Virus record (IMG/VR): IMGVR_UViG_3300020043_002680 | Coordinates: 1-38,209 of that record | DNA: 38,209 nucleotides | Direction: 5' to 3' (one strand) | Source of the DNA: a virus | Lineage: Duplodnaviria; Caudoviricetes | Shown: piece by piece, positions 9,101 to 17,168 of the stretch | Layout: each line of letters begins with the position of its first letter | Numbering within the stretch: position 1 is the first letter of the stretch | The notes under the pieces: generated by a model | The model's input: the letters and a program-made list of their open reading frames with translations, nothing else | Databases searched by the model: none | Told to the model about the DNA's origin: nothing | Made by a program: the position numbers and the translations under genes

Positions 9101-10256
9101 GAGTAAATGCACGTTTAAGATTAGGAAGTCTGCCAAACAAAAAACGATCTGACGCAATTTCCGTGATTGCTTGAAACGGCGCTGACACGGTAGCAATGGC
9201 GTTTGCCGAATCACGCGACATTTCAGGATTACTTCGCCTGATGTCGTTATAAGTAGACCGCTGAAAACTGCCAAGCGTTACAGCAGCGCCAACGTAAGGC
9301 ACAAAAGACCCCAACGTCATTGGCAGCATTTCAGCAGCCCCGGCAATGTTCATGCCTGCAATTTTTACCGCTTTCAACGGCGCAAGTTTTCCAGTAGCGA
9401 TGTCGCGCATGTTGTCGCGAAGATCGAGAAAATCAGCGCGTTGCGCCTTTTGTTCTGGCGTTTGCGCTTCGACATCAAAGCCATACGACTGCCGTAAAAA
9501 CTCGCCAGCTGTGCTTTCTCCTGCCGTTTCTAATGAACTTACAAATGTATCTAGATAACGCTCCATCCCACGGACAAAAGCCGTTTTGATTCGCTCGGCA
9601 TCACCAGCTTTAGACTCTCCTGGAGTTTGCAGCGAAAGAGCTTCAAGAACGTATGGACGATCTTCTTTGGGAATCTTTACAAGCTCGCTAGCCATTGCGC
9701 CCCAGTCCATGCCTTCCGCCGATGTGTCAATGTTTCGCGCCATATCCGCCACGGCTTTAATCGTGTTTCGATATGGATTTACCTTTGCGGCCATTTCATC
9801 GTGAGCAGCCCTAGCAAGCCCGAGGTAATTTGTCATTCTGCCGGGAATTATTGATCCGGCTTCTTGTGTCTCAACTTCACGAAACTTGCCAAGCCACGAT
9901 TCACCGCGAGCCGCAGCAATGCGGGCAGCGTTTGCAATCTTTTCTTGCGCTCTGTAATCGGTGGCAATTTTGCCAAAAAGATCTTCATCAGAAACATCTT
10001 TCGCTTCACGCTCGCCAAAATAACTTCTGACAATGCCGTCTTTTTGTCCCTGCCATCCAGGATGATAAGGATTTGCTGGAACGCCAAGAATTCGCTCGGC
10101 CCATGCCGAAGTCGCCGAGGAATACAAAAGCGCATTCCTGTCTGGAAGTGGATATGACTCCACTTCGCCACCAAGAGCGCCAAAATCCTGAATAATAAAG
10201 GCTTCTCGAAGTCGATTGTCGGCGTCCTCTTGTGTAGATGGTCGAGTGATTGGCAT
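3144..10256 (-). CDS. giant internal virion (ejection) protein, large polyvalent type, with ADP-ribosyltransferase-like insert
   Basis: 2370 aa, last gene of the podovirus-like virion module; glycine-rich hydrophobic segments; ART-like motifs at about 6762-7481. Confidence 0.75.
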   Translation of the reverse strand: MPITRPSTQEDADNRLREAFIIQDFGALGGEVESYPLPDRNALLYSSATSAWAERILGVPANPYHPGWQGQKDGIVRSYFGEREAKDVSDEDLFGKIATDYRAQEKIANAARIAAARGESWLGKFREVETQEAGSIIPGRMTNYLGLARAAHDEMAAKVNPYRNTIKAVADMARNIDTSAEGMDWGAMASELVKIPKEDRPYVLEALSLQTPGESKAGDAERIKTAFVRGMERYLDTFVSSLETAGESTAGEFLRQSYGFDVEAQTPEQKAQRADFLDLRDNMRDIATGKLAPLKAVKIAGMNIAGAAEMLPMTLGSFVPYVGAAVTLGSFQRSTYNDIRRSNPEMSRDSANAIATVSAPFQAITEIASDRFLFGRLPNLKRAFTQPIFSATGALGMFATRAAIGTATEVGEEFAQGVIPLAVQSLANELSKDIPDADWNGFLGEFAQSLPELISTILPLAIVGAGTGQLSDFRAGRQLARSPDMLIAAQYSPESAAKISELANDGKWSEAEDAMRLDWAKINAKGADMAQVKATAEQRIQAAERLKSLQSEQANTAALIDTSSPEFVVNVTRSPAGWQVAVGDGTIIPVDSAEAARRIAVDIRQVGSQQEADALVSVIDGYYEKGRQAETVFTGETVQASDVEAVGVVATRRDAGGAILSQRQLGPQALETVRAEAEVAGIKSGTQGIFAHINGSNEIFPMRVADGAKEIVRRMNLYKSQAEGQPQVFTFLHENFESTWRLGIENGTFSDQETRTAMRALLPAFEGVTALNAEEAQFIDNLRTLANGQGNETMLRETVSEMVMRDVLGRDRQGLATGMKPGSISRAIEASVMGANTQEEVSALKSILAAIKAFTAYLKGVFGTVDAITKARDESKLGEEYDTFINKVLGIDEVKQMEGQVLGEVKSMLGVDEEAQAVIDAGNMAFSISPVTPEQDAEYLELAKNPEKNRTLLQKMVDAVAKAAGYLPHADFRDAHRAPSGPTGADEEVRNGDADASLVQVARGIHNQPDDYFDPRVGPRYYSYQDKAGMEAFKAIRAAMDKIQRGKKAFVTVYRAVPIDIKGAKLENRDWVTPSKTYAVDHGESRFGEDEYRIIKESVPAENLFWDGNDIREWGKDDVQNYFYKNTANNIKLADPVTYDDAGNVIPLSKRFNEASPDIRFSISPIRNLNELSDQVERNFAENPAGALEVKSKVIRQFAKLADKWSNERWTPQGNKIRPISEKRTVKSLDKEQAMRQAQREVELVNEGMDKLTPDTLMAYSEGVGTLEDDPIVKKMLHDNGRLMSKATAAREGRDIKDQYDDLNWIPPQWYSNGRTIKTVVITRKDGSSESFPSAKVPAEIKAAIKSGEVKVKINKVTIPAVGGIMPDVMANNLGFDTASEMWAALESSIKSHRNAKADYAKAEAAVKSVEKAAFEQARQEAQAWRDEADAMQKEDWSPRESLVRDLITLEAIVAMFPQEIRGKIGGFVTLARKASESARLKVLQRQLERGQDLLEKHLKEQYGTAVDKLLERYQSKRDSSGRISGKILSTATEQVDYAAEFIDLDIASQAKEQAALEKQVEESESAEEVQDALTKLGIARLFEVWSTKDSASRESAFLWLNETIEQGKLGKKILDEERKAFLTDMRQSGQASILAGDELNAAVADNLTNLNKGVMRRALLGMRGVLSESLWTTLQRLELIFGEDSKILDYFAGKIINAANLSTDIKRLVESQKKDALTVIFNSDSKFQHARGIAELQKLKDSGIMISKVTKKEIKLDIDTLTKLADGTMDAKTAGLEQADVDAALEEFAANARKRTVTIEKVTSRAAPTSRTMSETQGIQWWLWSMQEASRKQMERDGWDADSFAQLEEFLSPEAKALGRWISGSYQDAAGMIDPIYRRLFNAPLPRIKNYSPIYRRNMNAGGEVMDLDSSDMNSGLAAGFTKSRVNTTASLVESDALAVFLAHWENVSHWVAHAEMMRDMKAILLDKDTAVAIRQKKSEGYLQRLKQDISTIEKNGTNNANELVNMSRFWRWLMQYRAYKGLAFRISPIIKQTPALLNPLLADVPTHNYMMGMSRAFIEPQAFASEVSAMWKSDIIRRRIESGFSAESRVAMQGSSMTGSQSILAMQAGMMPMGMVDGGWTALGAAISFDYYRRGYMRENPQMTPEIADAKAIARVEKMIATSAQPSDVYARALYERSGNPFMRSMSMFVSDQRKALAVELMAIRKLATGKSKNKSLDVQRALVAHIVQAAVSQVMAGVIASLLGDDEDRDREWSTDQWTLALTLGPVNGLFVLGRLIDKVGRSLLGLRVFPSDDLASKTANDLLRGGKNMDELFSPDNSEEFIDALDSLSTAAAAGASAVIGPAAGAVDVGANVLREARKIQERLSE

Positions 10257-11836
10257 TATTTTGAAAGTCGTTGTTTTTCGATTTGCTGAATTTCTTCTGG
10301 CGTGAGTTGAATTTGTCCACTCTTACCTTCCGATGATGGCGCATAACGAAAATAATCCATAACCTGATCGGCATATGGTTCCGCTAACATCCGCACCGAT
10401 GCATTACGAGCTTGCTCGCGTGTTTTAATTTCTCCCGATTCAACCATGCGCTCAAAATCGGTGGCTAATTGATCGCGAATGGAAAGTAAAGACCTGAACT
10501 CAGCTTGTTTATCAACAGGAACCTCTTTTGTGTCTTCATCCATAAGCGCTTTAAGCTTAGGTTCATAAACGTAATCAAGAAATTTTTTATGATTGGCAAT
10601 TTCACTTTCGATTGGAGATGGTGGCGTGCGTTGTTGTTGCTTTTTGTAAAACTTCTCACGCAATGAACTTGTCAGTTTTTCGTCGTAAAGATTGAGACGG
10701 TTGATTGTGTCAACGATCTGAAACGTCTTTGCATCTTCAGGATCGTTTGTTGGATCGTATTCTTCCACGGCCTTTTCTAGAGCACGCTTAAGGATTGAAG
10801 CCTCGTATTGAGTCGGTGGCTTTTTGTCAAACACGCTCTGAATCTTGGCCTTTGCGATGGCATCAGAGCGCGGCATAAGCGTTTCCGCTTGCTTCATGTT
10901 TTGAATGCTGCCGCCTAAAATTCCATTCATCACGGCTCGCTGTTCTTCCATCTGCATTTCCTCAATGCGTGCAATCGCTTGATTTTTAATTCTTTCTCGC
11001 TGCTGTGGAGCGCTAAGACTTGGCGCAAAATCTGGATTATTCATCATCTCTACGACGCGCTCAGGATTCTTTTGAATCTCTTGATAAACAAAAGTCTCAT
11101 CCTTCATATCGTTAAGATTATCAATTTCAAGCTGATAACGTTCCGGCTCCATGGAATCACGGGAAGCGTCAAGCATTTGCTCAAGCTGAAAAATGCTTTC
11201 TTGCGTTCTTGATGCAGGATCGGCCAAACGTTCACGTTGTAAAATGTAGCTATTCCATTTTGAATCCTTTTCAGCTGAGTCAATAAACAAGCGCTTTGCC
11301 TGCGCTTGCTCTGGTAATATAAGCCCAGCTTTTGTGGCATCATCAACACCCTGTCTAGCTGCGTTAAAATCTTTAGATTTAACGGCATTATCAAAGCTCT
11401 GCTCCATTCTCTGCCCCGTCTGTTTGATGGCGCTAGCTTGAACTTGAATTGTCCCGCGAGTCGCCCAGTTTGAAAGCCTGTCGTTAAACTGCATTCTTGC
11501 TTCAGGCGTCAATTCAGCTTGATCGAATTGAGCTTTGATGTCGTTCTGCAAACTCTGCCACTTTGGAAGCCAATTCTTTTCATCCTGCCCTTCTGGCGAT
11601 TGCTGAAACGTCGCAAAATCCATCTGCGCTTTGTTCATCGCAAGACTAGCTTCCGTGAGCTTGGTCACGTCATTTGCACGCTTGGCCTTTTCTGCAATGT
11701 CAAAGGCCACGTTGCCTAAATTGCCGATCGCCTTGCCCATGCTGGCATTTGTGACGGCTGGAAGGTCGGGCGTGCGGATTGTCTGATTGCCGGTCTGGAG
11801 TTGCCCAGGTTCTTGAAGGATTGGAATGCGTGCCAT
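10256..11836 (-). CDS. internal virion protein (T7 gp15-position analogue)
   Basis: 526 aa, helical and Q-rich, MARIP start; lies between the small and giant ejection proteins. Confidence 0.65.
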   Translation of the reverse strand: MARIPILQEPGQLQTGNQTIRTPDLPAVTNASMGKAIGNLGNVAFDIAEKAKRANDVTKLTEASLAMNKAQMDFATFQQSPEGQDEKNWLPKWQSLQNDIKAQFDQAELTPEARMQFNDRLSNWATRGTIQVQASAIKQTGQRMEQSFDNAVKSKDFNAARQGVDDATKAGLILPEQAQAKRLFIDSAEKDSKWNSYILQRERLADPASRTQESIFQLEQMLDASRDSMEPERYQLEIDNLNDMKDETFVYQEIQKNPERVVEMMNNPDFAPSLSAPQQRERIKNQAIARIEEMQMEEQRAVMNGILGGSIQNMKQAETLMPRSDAIAKAKIQSVFDKKPPTQYEASILKRALEKAVEEYDPTNDPEDAKTFQIVDTINRLNLYDEKLTSSLREKFYKKQQQRTPPSPIESEIANHKKFLDYVYEPKLKALMDEDTKEVPVDKQAEFRSLLSIRDQLATDFERMVESGEIKTREQARNASVRMLAEPYADQVMDYFRYAPSSEGKSGQIQLTPEEIQQIEKQRLSK

Positions 11837-11839
11837 AAA

Positions 11840-12493
11840 TTACAGTCCTGCTGGACGTTGTGAAACTGTGCGCGGCTGATAGCCCGCTGGTATTGTAGAT
11901 GCACCACCCGCCGCTTGAGGCCGTGTTGACCACGATTGATAAGCCTGCCCGAGCGTTGATCCAATATTGCCGATGGCCTGCCCTGTGGCGTCGCTGCGTA
12001 TTCCTGCGGCTGTTTGCTGCCCCATCTGGAGCGTGGACGTGCGCTGATAGGCTAGCTGCCGTTGAGATAACTGATTCACGTATTGCTGATCTGCTAGCTC
12101 TGTTTGCTGTTTGGCCCAGGTGTCAGCTTCCAATGCAAGAGACGATCCAGTGCCAAGCATAGCGCCACTGCCAGCCATTGCCGCGAGTTGCGTCGCCCTT
12201 TGCCTGCGTTGCTCCTGCACCGCTCGACGTTGATTCTCTTGACTCTCAAGTGCCTGCCTTTTGCGCTCCTCGCCGATAGCGTCAGCTTGGGCCTGTGCGT
12301 TGTATTCGGCCTGTTTAGCTGCATTCTGAGCTGACTCATACTGCATGTATGTTCCAGTGGCACCTGCAATTAACGATACAACAAGGAGCGTTGTAGAAAT
12401 AGGCTCATTACAAGGCGGACGAGTCGAGCAGTGAATGCCAATCGGCCCGCCAGTATTCAGCGGGAGGTAATCAAGATGGTCACGGTATCGCAT
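11840..12493 (-). CDS. small internal virion protein (T7 gp14-position analogue); start uncertain
   Basis: Hydrophobic LLVVSLIAGATG segment then Q/A-rich coiled coil with AGSGAMLGTGSSL; first ATG at 12493. Confidence 0.7.
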   Translation of the reverse strand: MRYRDHLDYLPLNTGGPIGIHCSTRPPCNEPISTTLLVVSLIAGATGTYMQYESAQNAAKQAEYNAQAQADAIGEERKRQALESQENQRRAVQEQRRQRATQLAAMAGSGAMLGTGSSLALEADTWAKQQTELADQQYVNQLSQRQLAYQRTSTLQMGQQTAAGIRSDATGQAIGNIGSTLGQAYQSWSTRPQAAGGASTIPAGYQPRTVSQRPAGL

Positions 12494-12896
12494 AAATGGC
12501 CTGTGTGCTTGTGTGTTCGGATACGTGCCAGCCCTCAGAGTTGCGTAGAAACCTAGCAAGCGGAGTGCGGGTGTATATCCTCACCACCTTATAACTCAAA
12601 GGCACGTCATCGCAAGTTCTCAGATTTGAGAGAAACGAAAGAATTGTGCGCCACAAGATCGGCCATCCCTTTCGGCATTTCGCGAAGGAAGTTCCCGGCT
12701 TAGTGAAAAGGTTGTCTAGCGAGGCAATGGGACATCCAAACGCCAGATACACAAAGCACACGGCAAAAGGCCCGTCGTCGTCCTCGACGATAAAGCCATT
12801 CGGGCTGAGTAGCTGCGGGATCATCGCCATGCCGCGAGCTTTAGCCCATGCTTCAACAAGCGGGAAGTCCTCGGGAATATAGGCTCTAATGGTCAT
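12480..12896 (-). CDS. GNAT-fold protein (T7 gp13-position analogue)
   Basis: MTIRAYIPEDFPLVEAW...GFIVEDDDGPFAVCFVY has a GNAT-like pattern; follows tail tube B. Confidence 0.6.
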   Translation of the reverse strand: MTIRAYIPEDFPLVEAWAKARGMAMIPQLLSPNGFIVEDDDGPFAVCFVYLAFGCPIASLDNLFTKPGTSFAKCRKGWPILWRTILSFLSNLRTCDDVPLSYKVVRIYTRTPLARFLRNSEGWHVSEHTSTQAIYAIP

Positions 12897-12910
12897 GTGA
12901 TGATTTCCTG

Positions 12911-12941
12911 TCAGTTCATCACGAACTGATATTAAAGTCAA
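12911..12941 (-). promoter_or_regulatory. putative promoter with overlapping palindrome
   Basis: TTGACT (12941-12936), 17 bp, TGAACT; palindrome TCAGTTC-N5-GAACTGA at 12911-12929. Confidence 0.35.
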
Positions 12942-15691
12942 GTTCCGGCACTGGAGTTGTCGCCAATCTCAATCTTGAGAATCATGGAAAGAAGATTGAA
13001 CGGCAGCGGATGGCGGGAGCCGATAGTAATATCAGCGGAGTCATCCCACGGGCCATTGAACATCTGCATTTTGGTCTGGCCGCTTTTGTGCCCAAAATTA
13101 GACACGTTGTTATTCCAAATTATCCATGAATTGAAAATGTTTTCATCCATGTCTGTGTAATCCACAGCCGTGGCGTCGCTCCAGTCCATTGTCAGGCGTT
13201 GGTCTGTCACTGTTGGGCGAATGCAAATATTGCCGTATTTCGACTGAAACAACCGGAATGCCACAGAGTTAATGCGCCATTTCCGCATTTGAGACGTGCC
13301 ATCCTGAAGTTGTAACTCAATTCTATTTGGGACGATCCAAGCATTGTAAGGAATGCCAATAATGTGAAACCCTGAATAGTTTCCTGTGATGGTCACAATG
13401 CCGCTGGATACTGAAAACTCCTTTGGCGATCCGTCTGCATTTAAAATTGTGGTTTTCGTGGAGGCATTACTGACAACTACCTTTTCATTGTTGTAAATGC
13501 TGGCACCAAGATTGAACGTAGTTAACCCAGTTCCAGCGTTATAGGTGCCATTAACATACTGCCAAGCATCGCAAAATGCGGTAAGGCTTATACCATAAGA
13601 CGGATCTGCCGAACTCATGGCATTAATCATTGCGCCGCCACTAATCGTTTCTAAAGAAAACTCATCATCATTATTATCAAAGAGGAAAACCAGCGTATCG
13701 CCAGCCGATGAGGCCTCTGAATAAACAACGCAAATGGATTCACATTCGCGGTTGTTTAGGCTGTTAAATTCCTGCCGATGCCAAGCGGTGACGTTGTTCT
13801 CTCGGTCGTAACTAAAGCCAGCAACTTCTCCGCCTGAAAAGGTAAGCCAGATAATTGAATCGGGCGATTGTGAGTAATTGATTTCCGTGATTGTGCCTCT
13901 GAGATTCGGAATATGCTCAGCCAGCAAGCTCATGTCTGGCGCTGAATAGCCGTCCTTTTCAAAGACATAGGCAAACTCACGCAAACGATTATCACGGGTA
14001 AGCCATAGCAAGCCATCGCCTGCAAGCACTGGCTGCAATGAGTTTGAACCGTAACGGCTCCAACGCCTAGCCCGCGCGTTCGATGGCGTCATTACCGTAT
14101 CCTGTTCGCCACTGTCCATCGTCCATTCTTCGCCAGCCGTGCCAATAACAAGCGTGCGTTTAAAGCTGGAGATCCACTGAATGTCATTGGCCTCAGTTGC
14201 CGCCAGCGTGATGTCGATGCCAGAAGTATCAAGCGAGCCAGTCAGGAACGTGTAAAAGTCGTCGATCTGACTAGCCCAGATACGGGTCGGATAAAGCTCA
14301 GTCCCAGCGAACCAAAGGCGATTATCATGGAACGCCACCGTGCGAGGATATCCGCGAGTTTCAGAGAATGCGCCCTTGCGCCAGACTGGGAACGTCGTGC
14401 CAAGGACTTCGTTTGGAATGAGCGAATCAACCGCCAGCTTTGGAATTCCTCGAACTTGCGTCGTGGAAACGTAACTTTCAATCTTGAATGGGATGTCTAG
14501 CTTTCCGACTACTGGCTCCACGGTCATTCTCGAAACGTTAGCATCCGCACCACTGCGAACGGCCATCATCCTATACCAGCCGCCAGTGTTCGGCGCTTCT
14601 GCCGTGTAGCTGATCGTTCCTTCAAGGTTGCCGCCAATTGCCCATTCGCGAATAGTGGTAAAGTTTATGCGGTCTAGAGATTCCTGAAGCTGAATTACTG
14701 AACCCGCTGGAGATTTGCCAGTTTCCCAACTTGTCCGCGCAACGTAGGAGCCTTGAATAAATATGGCCGCGCTTGTTGTAGTTGCTGGAGCCGCCGCGAT
14801 TGGCTCAGTTGCAATTCTACTGTTTGACCCTGGAGACAAGAGCCACGTTGAGCCAACTTCGTCAGCGTCAAAAGTGGCGGAACTGGCTATGAGCCTGTAA
14901 TCCGTGATCGTAATCAGCACCCATTGAGCGCCAGTTCCCGGCCTGTTTGCGCTTGATGCGGTGTGTGCTGTGATGCAAAAATAATTACTGCCAAAATACT
15001 CGGTAACATCGCCAGCCACATAAGCAGCGCCCACATTCCACGGCTTTTGATAAACGGCTTTATCCCATTTTGCCAAAGTAAAAGCAACGTCTGAGTTGGC
15101 CGTTTTGCACCTGTAAAGGTCGTTTAGATACAGAACGAAGTTGCCCACTGAATAGCTCGTTGCCGTCACCCAGTCGTTGGCGTCGTATTCGAGCAGCATC
15201 GTCACCGCCTCGCTTGGCGGATCGAGAGCGGGAGCAAACTGAAACGGCGTGTCAATGATGCTCCACGTGCCATCACTGGCGCGAGTGATTACAGCCGGAT
15301 GCTTAGTCGCAACCGTTAGGTGCATGATGTCGTTAAGCTGGCAGTAATGCAGCGCCCTGATTTCTTCCACTGTGTAAGTAGTCGTCAGTGTGGCAACAAG
15401 CGAGAAATCGGAAGCATCCCACACTTTAATGGCATTCTCTTTGAATCCGAGAATGTAATTAACCTCTGTTGAACGCTTCCAAGCAATCGTTCTGACAAGA
15501 TCTTGCGTGTGCGTGTCGGAAACTTTGAATTGAGTGCCGGGACGCTTGAATACTCCGCCATACGAACGGGGCAGGAAGTTTTCAAGGAGCCTGCACCCTG
15601 TCGCATATTTCTCGGAGTCCGTGCGCCCGTCCATAAGTGGCGACATCTCGCCACCGTTGAACACTGATTTGATCGTTTGGAATTGAGGCAT
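12938..15691 (-). CDS. tail tubular protein B (nozzle) with inserted CBM5/12-like modules
   Basis: 917 aa; FNGGEMSP...GRTD...ENFLPRSYGGVFKRPGT N-terminus and GYPRTVAFHDNRLWFAG typical of gp12-like proteins. Confidence 0.85.
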   Translation of the reverse strand: MPQFQTIKSVFNGGEMSPLMDGRTDSEKYATGCRLLENFLPRSYGGVFKRPGTQFKVSDTHTQDLVRTIAWKRSTEVNYILGFKENAIKVWDASDFSLVATLTTTYTVEEIRALHYCQLNDIMHLTVATKHPAVITRASDGTWSIIDTPFQFAPALDPPSEAVTMLLEYDANDWVTATSYSVGNFVLYLNDLYRCKTANSDVAFTLAKWDKAVYQKPWNVGAAYVAGDVTEYFGSNYFCITAHTASSANRPGTGAQWVLITITDYRLIASSATFDADEVGSTWLLSPGSNSRIATEPIAAAPATTTSAAIFIQGSYVARTSWETGKSPAGSVIQLQESLDRINFTTIREWAIGGNLEGTISYTAEAPNTGGWYRMMAVRSGADANVSRMTVEPVVGKLDIPFKIESYVSTTQVRGIPKLAVDSLIPNEVLGTTFPVWRKGAFSETRGYPRTVAFHDNRLWFAGTELYPTRIWASQIDDFYTFLTGSLDTSGIDITLAATEANDIQWISSFKRTLVIGTAGEEWTMDSGEQDTVMTPSNARARRWSRYGSNSLQPVLAGDGLLWLTRDNRLREFAYVFEKDGYSAPDMSLLAEHIPNLRGTITEINYSQSPDSIIWLTFSGGEVAGFSYDRENNVTAWHRQEFNSLNNRECESICVVYSEASSAGDTLVFLFDNNDDEFSLETISGGAMINAMSSADPSYGISLTAFCDAWQYVNGTYNAGTGLTTFNLGASIYNNEKVVVSNASTKTTILNADGSPKEFSVSSGIVTITGNYSGFHIIGIPYNAWIVPNRIELQLQDGTSQMRKWRINSVAFRLFQSKYGNICIRPTVTDQRLTMDWSDATAVDYTDMDENIFNSWIIWNNNVSNFGHKSGQTKMQMFNGPWDDSADITIGSRHPLPFNLLSMILKIEIGDNSSAGT

Positions 15692-15696
15692 GATGA

Positions 15697-16560
15697 TTAT
15701 TCAGTGATTCCACCTGTCCAAATGCTGCCGAAACGTGCGCTCACAATCTGCGAGTCATTAAACGGCGGAATGCGTCGTGCTTTACCTTCGTTGGAGTCTC
15801 GAGCTTTAACCGGAGGAGCCACGGCCTTTTCAAAAAACTGGCGCATTTGCTGAGCCTGCCCTGATGCGCCCTGGGTGTCCTGCGCGATGTAAGAAGCAAG
15901 CAGAAAGGAAAACGCCGTCACAAAGTCAGCCGGATACTCGGTTACATCCGTGATGCGCTGAATGTATTTCAGGTTGATCGTCTCCTCATCCGTCAGGATT
16001 AGACCTTTCTCAAAGGTGAAATCAGCGCCGGCATCTTCCATCTGCCCGCCGCCAGCATTGAGGGAAATCACGCGCAAGCAGTCATCCGGCGGAGTGTGCT
16101 GAAAATCCCAGTCAAAGGCGGGAATCTTTACCCATTTACCGCCGCTTGTGTAAGTGCCAGCAAACACAGAGTCGTCCAGGGTAAACTCATCCGCATCCAC
16201 GCGAGTTACATACCATTGACCATTCGCAGCCGTTACGCCTTCCACGTCCTTGATATAGACGCGCTGGCCCGTCTGAATGCCGTGGCTTCCGTCTGTGATC
16301 TTAATCAAGCCGCCTGAACTGACCACATCCGTAACATTGTAATACGTCGCCGTTTGCCGATGACGTGCCGTGGCAAAGTTCCATGGATGCGCTCGCAAGA
16401 CTTCATCAAGCGCCGTGTAAATAGGCGTTCCTGCGTCTGGATTATACCACTTCCGCATACTCGCGGCCTGCTGCGTCGTGTCAGTGGAAAGCGCAGTCAG
16501 TGCCCTGCCTCCAAGGTGGGCGATAGCAAGGTTTGCAATCTCAGTAGCGGTGGCGGCCAT
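15697..16560 (-). CDS. tail tubular protein A (adaptor) with inserted beta-domain
   Basis: IANLAIAHLG...HPWNFA...PDDCLRVI motifs of gp11-like proteins. Confidence 0.8.
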   Translation of the reverse strand: MAATATEIANLAIAHLGGRALTALSTDTTQQAASMRKWYNPDAGTPIYTALDEVLRAHPWNFATARHRQTATYYNVTDVVSSGGLIKITDGSHGIQTGQRVYIKDVEGVTAANGQWYVTRVDADEFTLDDSVFAGTYTSGGKWVKIPAFDWDFQHTPPDDCLRVISLNAGGGQMEDAGADFTFEKGLILTDEETINLKYIQRITDVTEYPADFVTAFSFLLASYIAQDTQGASGQAQQMRQFFEKAVAPPVKARDSNEGKARRIPPFNDSQIVSARFGSIWTGGITE

Positions 16561-16577
16561 AATGGTAATGATTCAAG

Positions 16578-16613
16578 AAAAAGGGAGGCTCCTTAATACA
16601 CAAGGAGCCTCCC
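16578..16613 (-). terminator. intrinsic terminator after the decoration gene
   Basis: GGGAGGCTCCTT stem with AAGGAGCCTCCC, followed by TTTTT on the minus strand. Confidence 0.8.
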
Positions 16614-16632
16614 GAGGTCAACCAACGGAAGG

Positions 16633-17100
16633 TTAGTTCCAATCGATGTATTCGATCTCGAAGTAGAGAACGACGGAAGCGGTGACAGTGTTCGCGGATG
16701 CGATGGTCACGATCACGGCGCTGTTGTCAGTGGTTACGGTCGGAGCCAAATCGCCAGCAGTGCCAGCAACCGCAGATCCAAAGCCCACAGTGCCACCGCT
16801 CGAAAGAACGATGCCATCAGCGTAGAGGTCTGCATTGGAGCTTGTGCCAATGTCCAGCGTGAGCGTGGTGCCAGGATCAACGCATGAAACCGCCGAACCT
16901 GCCCGAGAAAGCGAAGCGCCTTTAGGAAGGTAGCAAAGGTTGAATGTGTCATTCGCGGCCTCACTTCCGGTGGTGGTATAAGAAGCGCGAAGCTTCTTAA
17001 CCGTGCCGCCAGTTGTGCCAGTGCGGTTTGGACGTTCGGAGCCGTCAAGGAGAGCGGCAGCTTGTGCCGTGTAGAGGGATGAATCAGTAAGAGCAGCCAT
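16633..17100 (-). CDS. probable capsid decoration/cement protein
   Basis: 155 aa, beta-rich and T/A/G-rich, directly after the capsid gene (LPKGA...TLDIG...DLYADGI). Confidence 0.6.
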   Translation of the reverse strand: MAALTDSSLYTAQAAALLDGSERPNRTGTTGGTVKKLRASYTTTGSEAANDTFNLCYLPKGASLSRAGSAVSCVDPGTTLTLDIGTSSNADLYADGIVLSSGGTVGFGSAVAGTAGDLAPTVTTDNSAVIVTIASANTVTASVVLYFEIEYIDWN

Positions 17101-17127
17101 AAGAGTATTTTGTGAGTGGTGAAGGTT

Positions 17128-17158
17128 TAAGAAAGGGGCGGCTTTTACACCGCCCCTC
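17128..17158 (-). terminator. intrinsic terminator after the major capsid gene
   Basis: AGGGGCGG/CCGCCCCT stem followed by TTCTT on the minus strand. Confidence 0.7.
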
Positions 17159-17168
17159 TCAGTTCATG

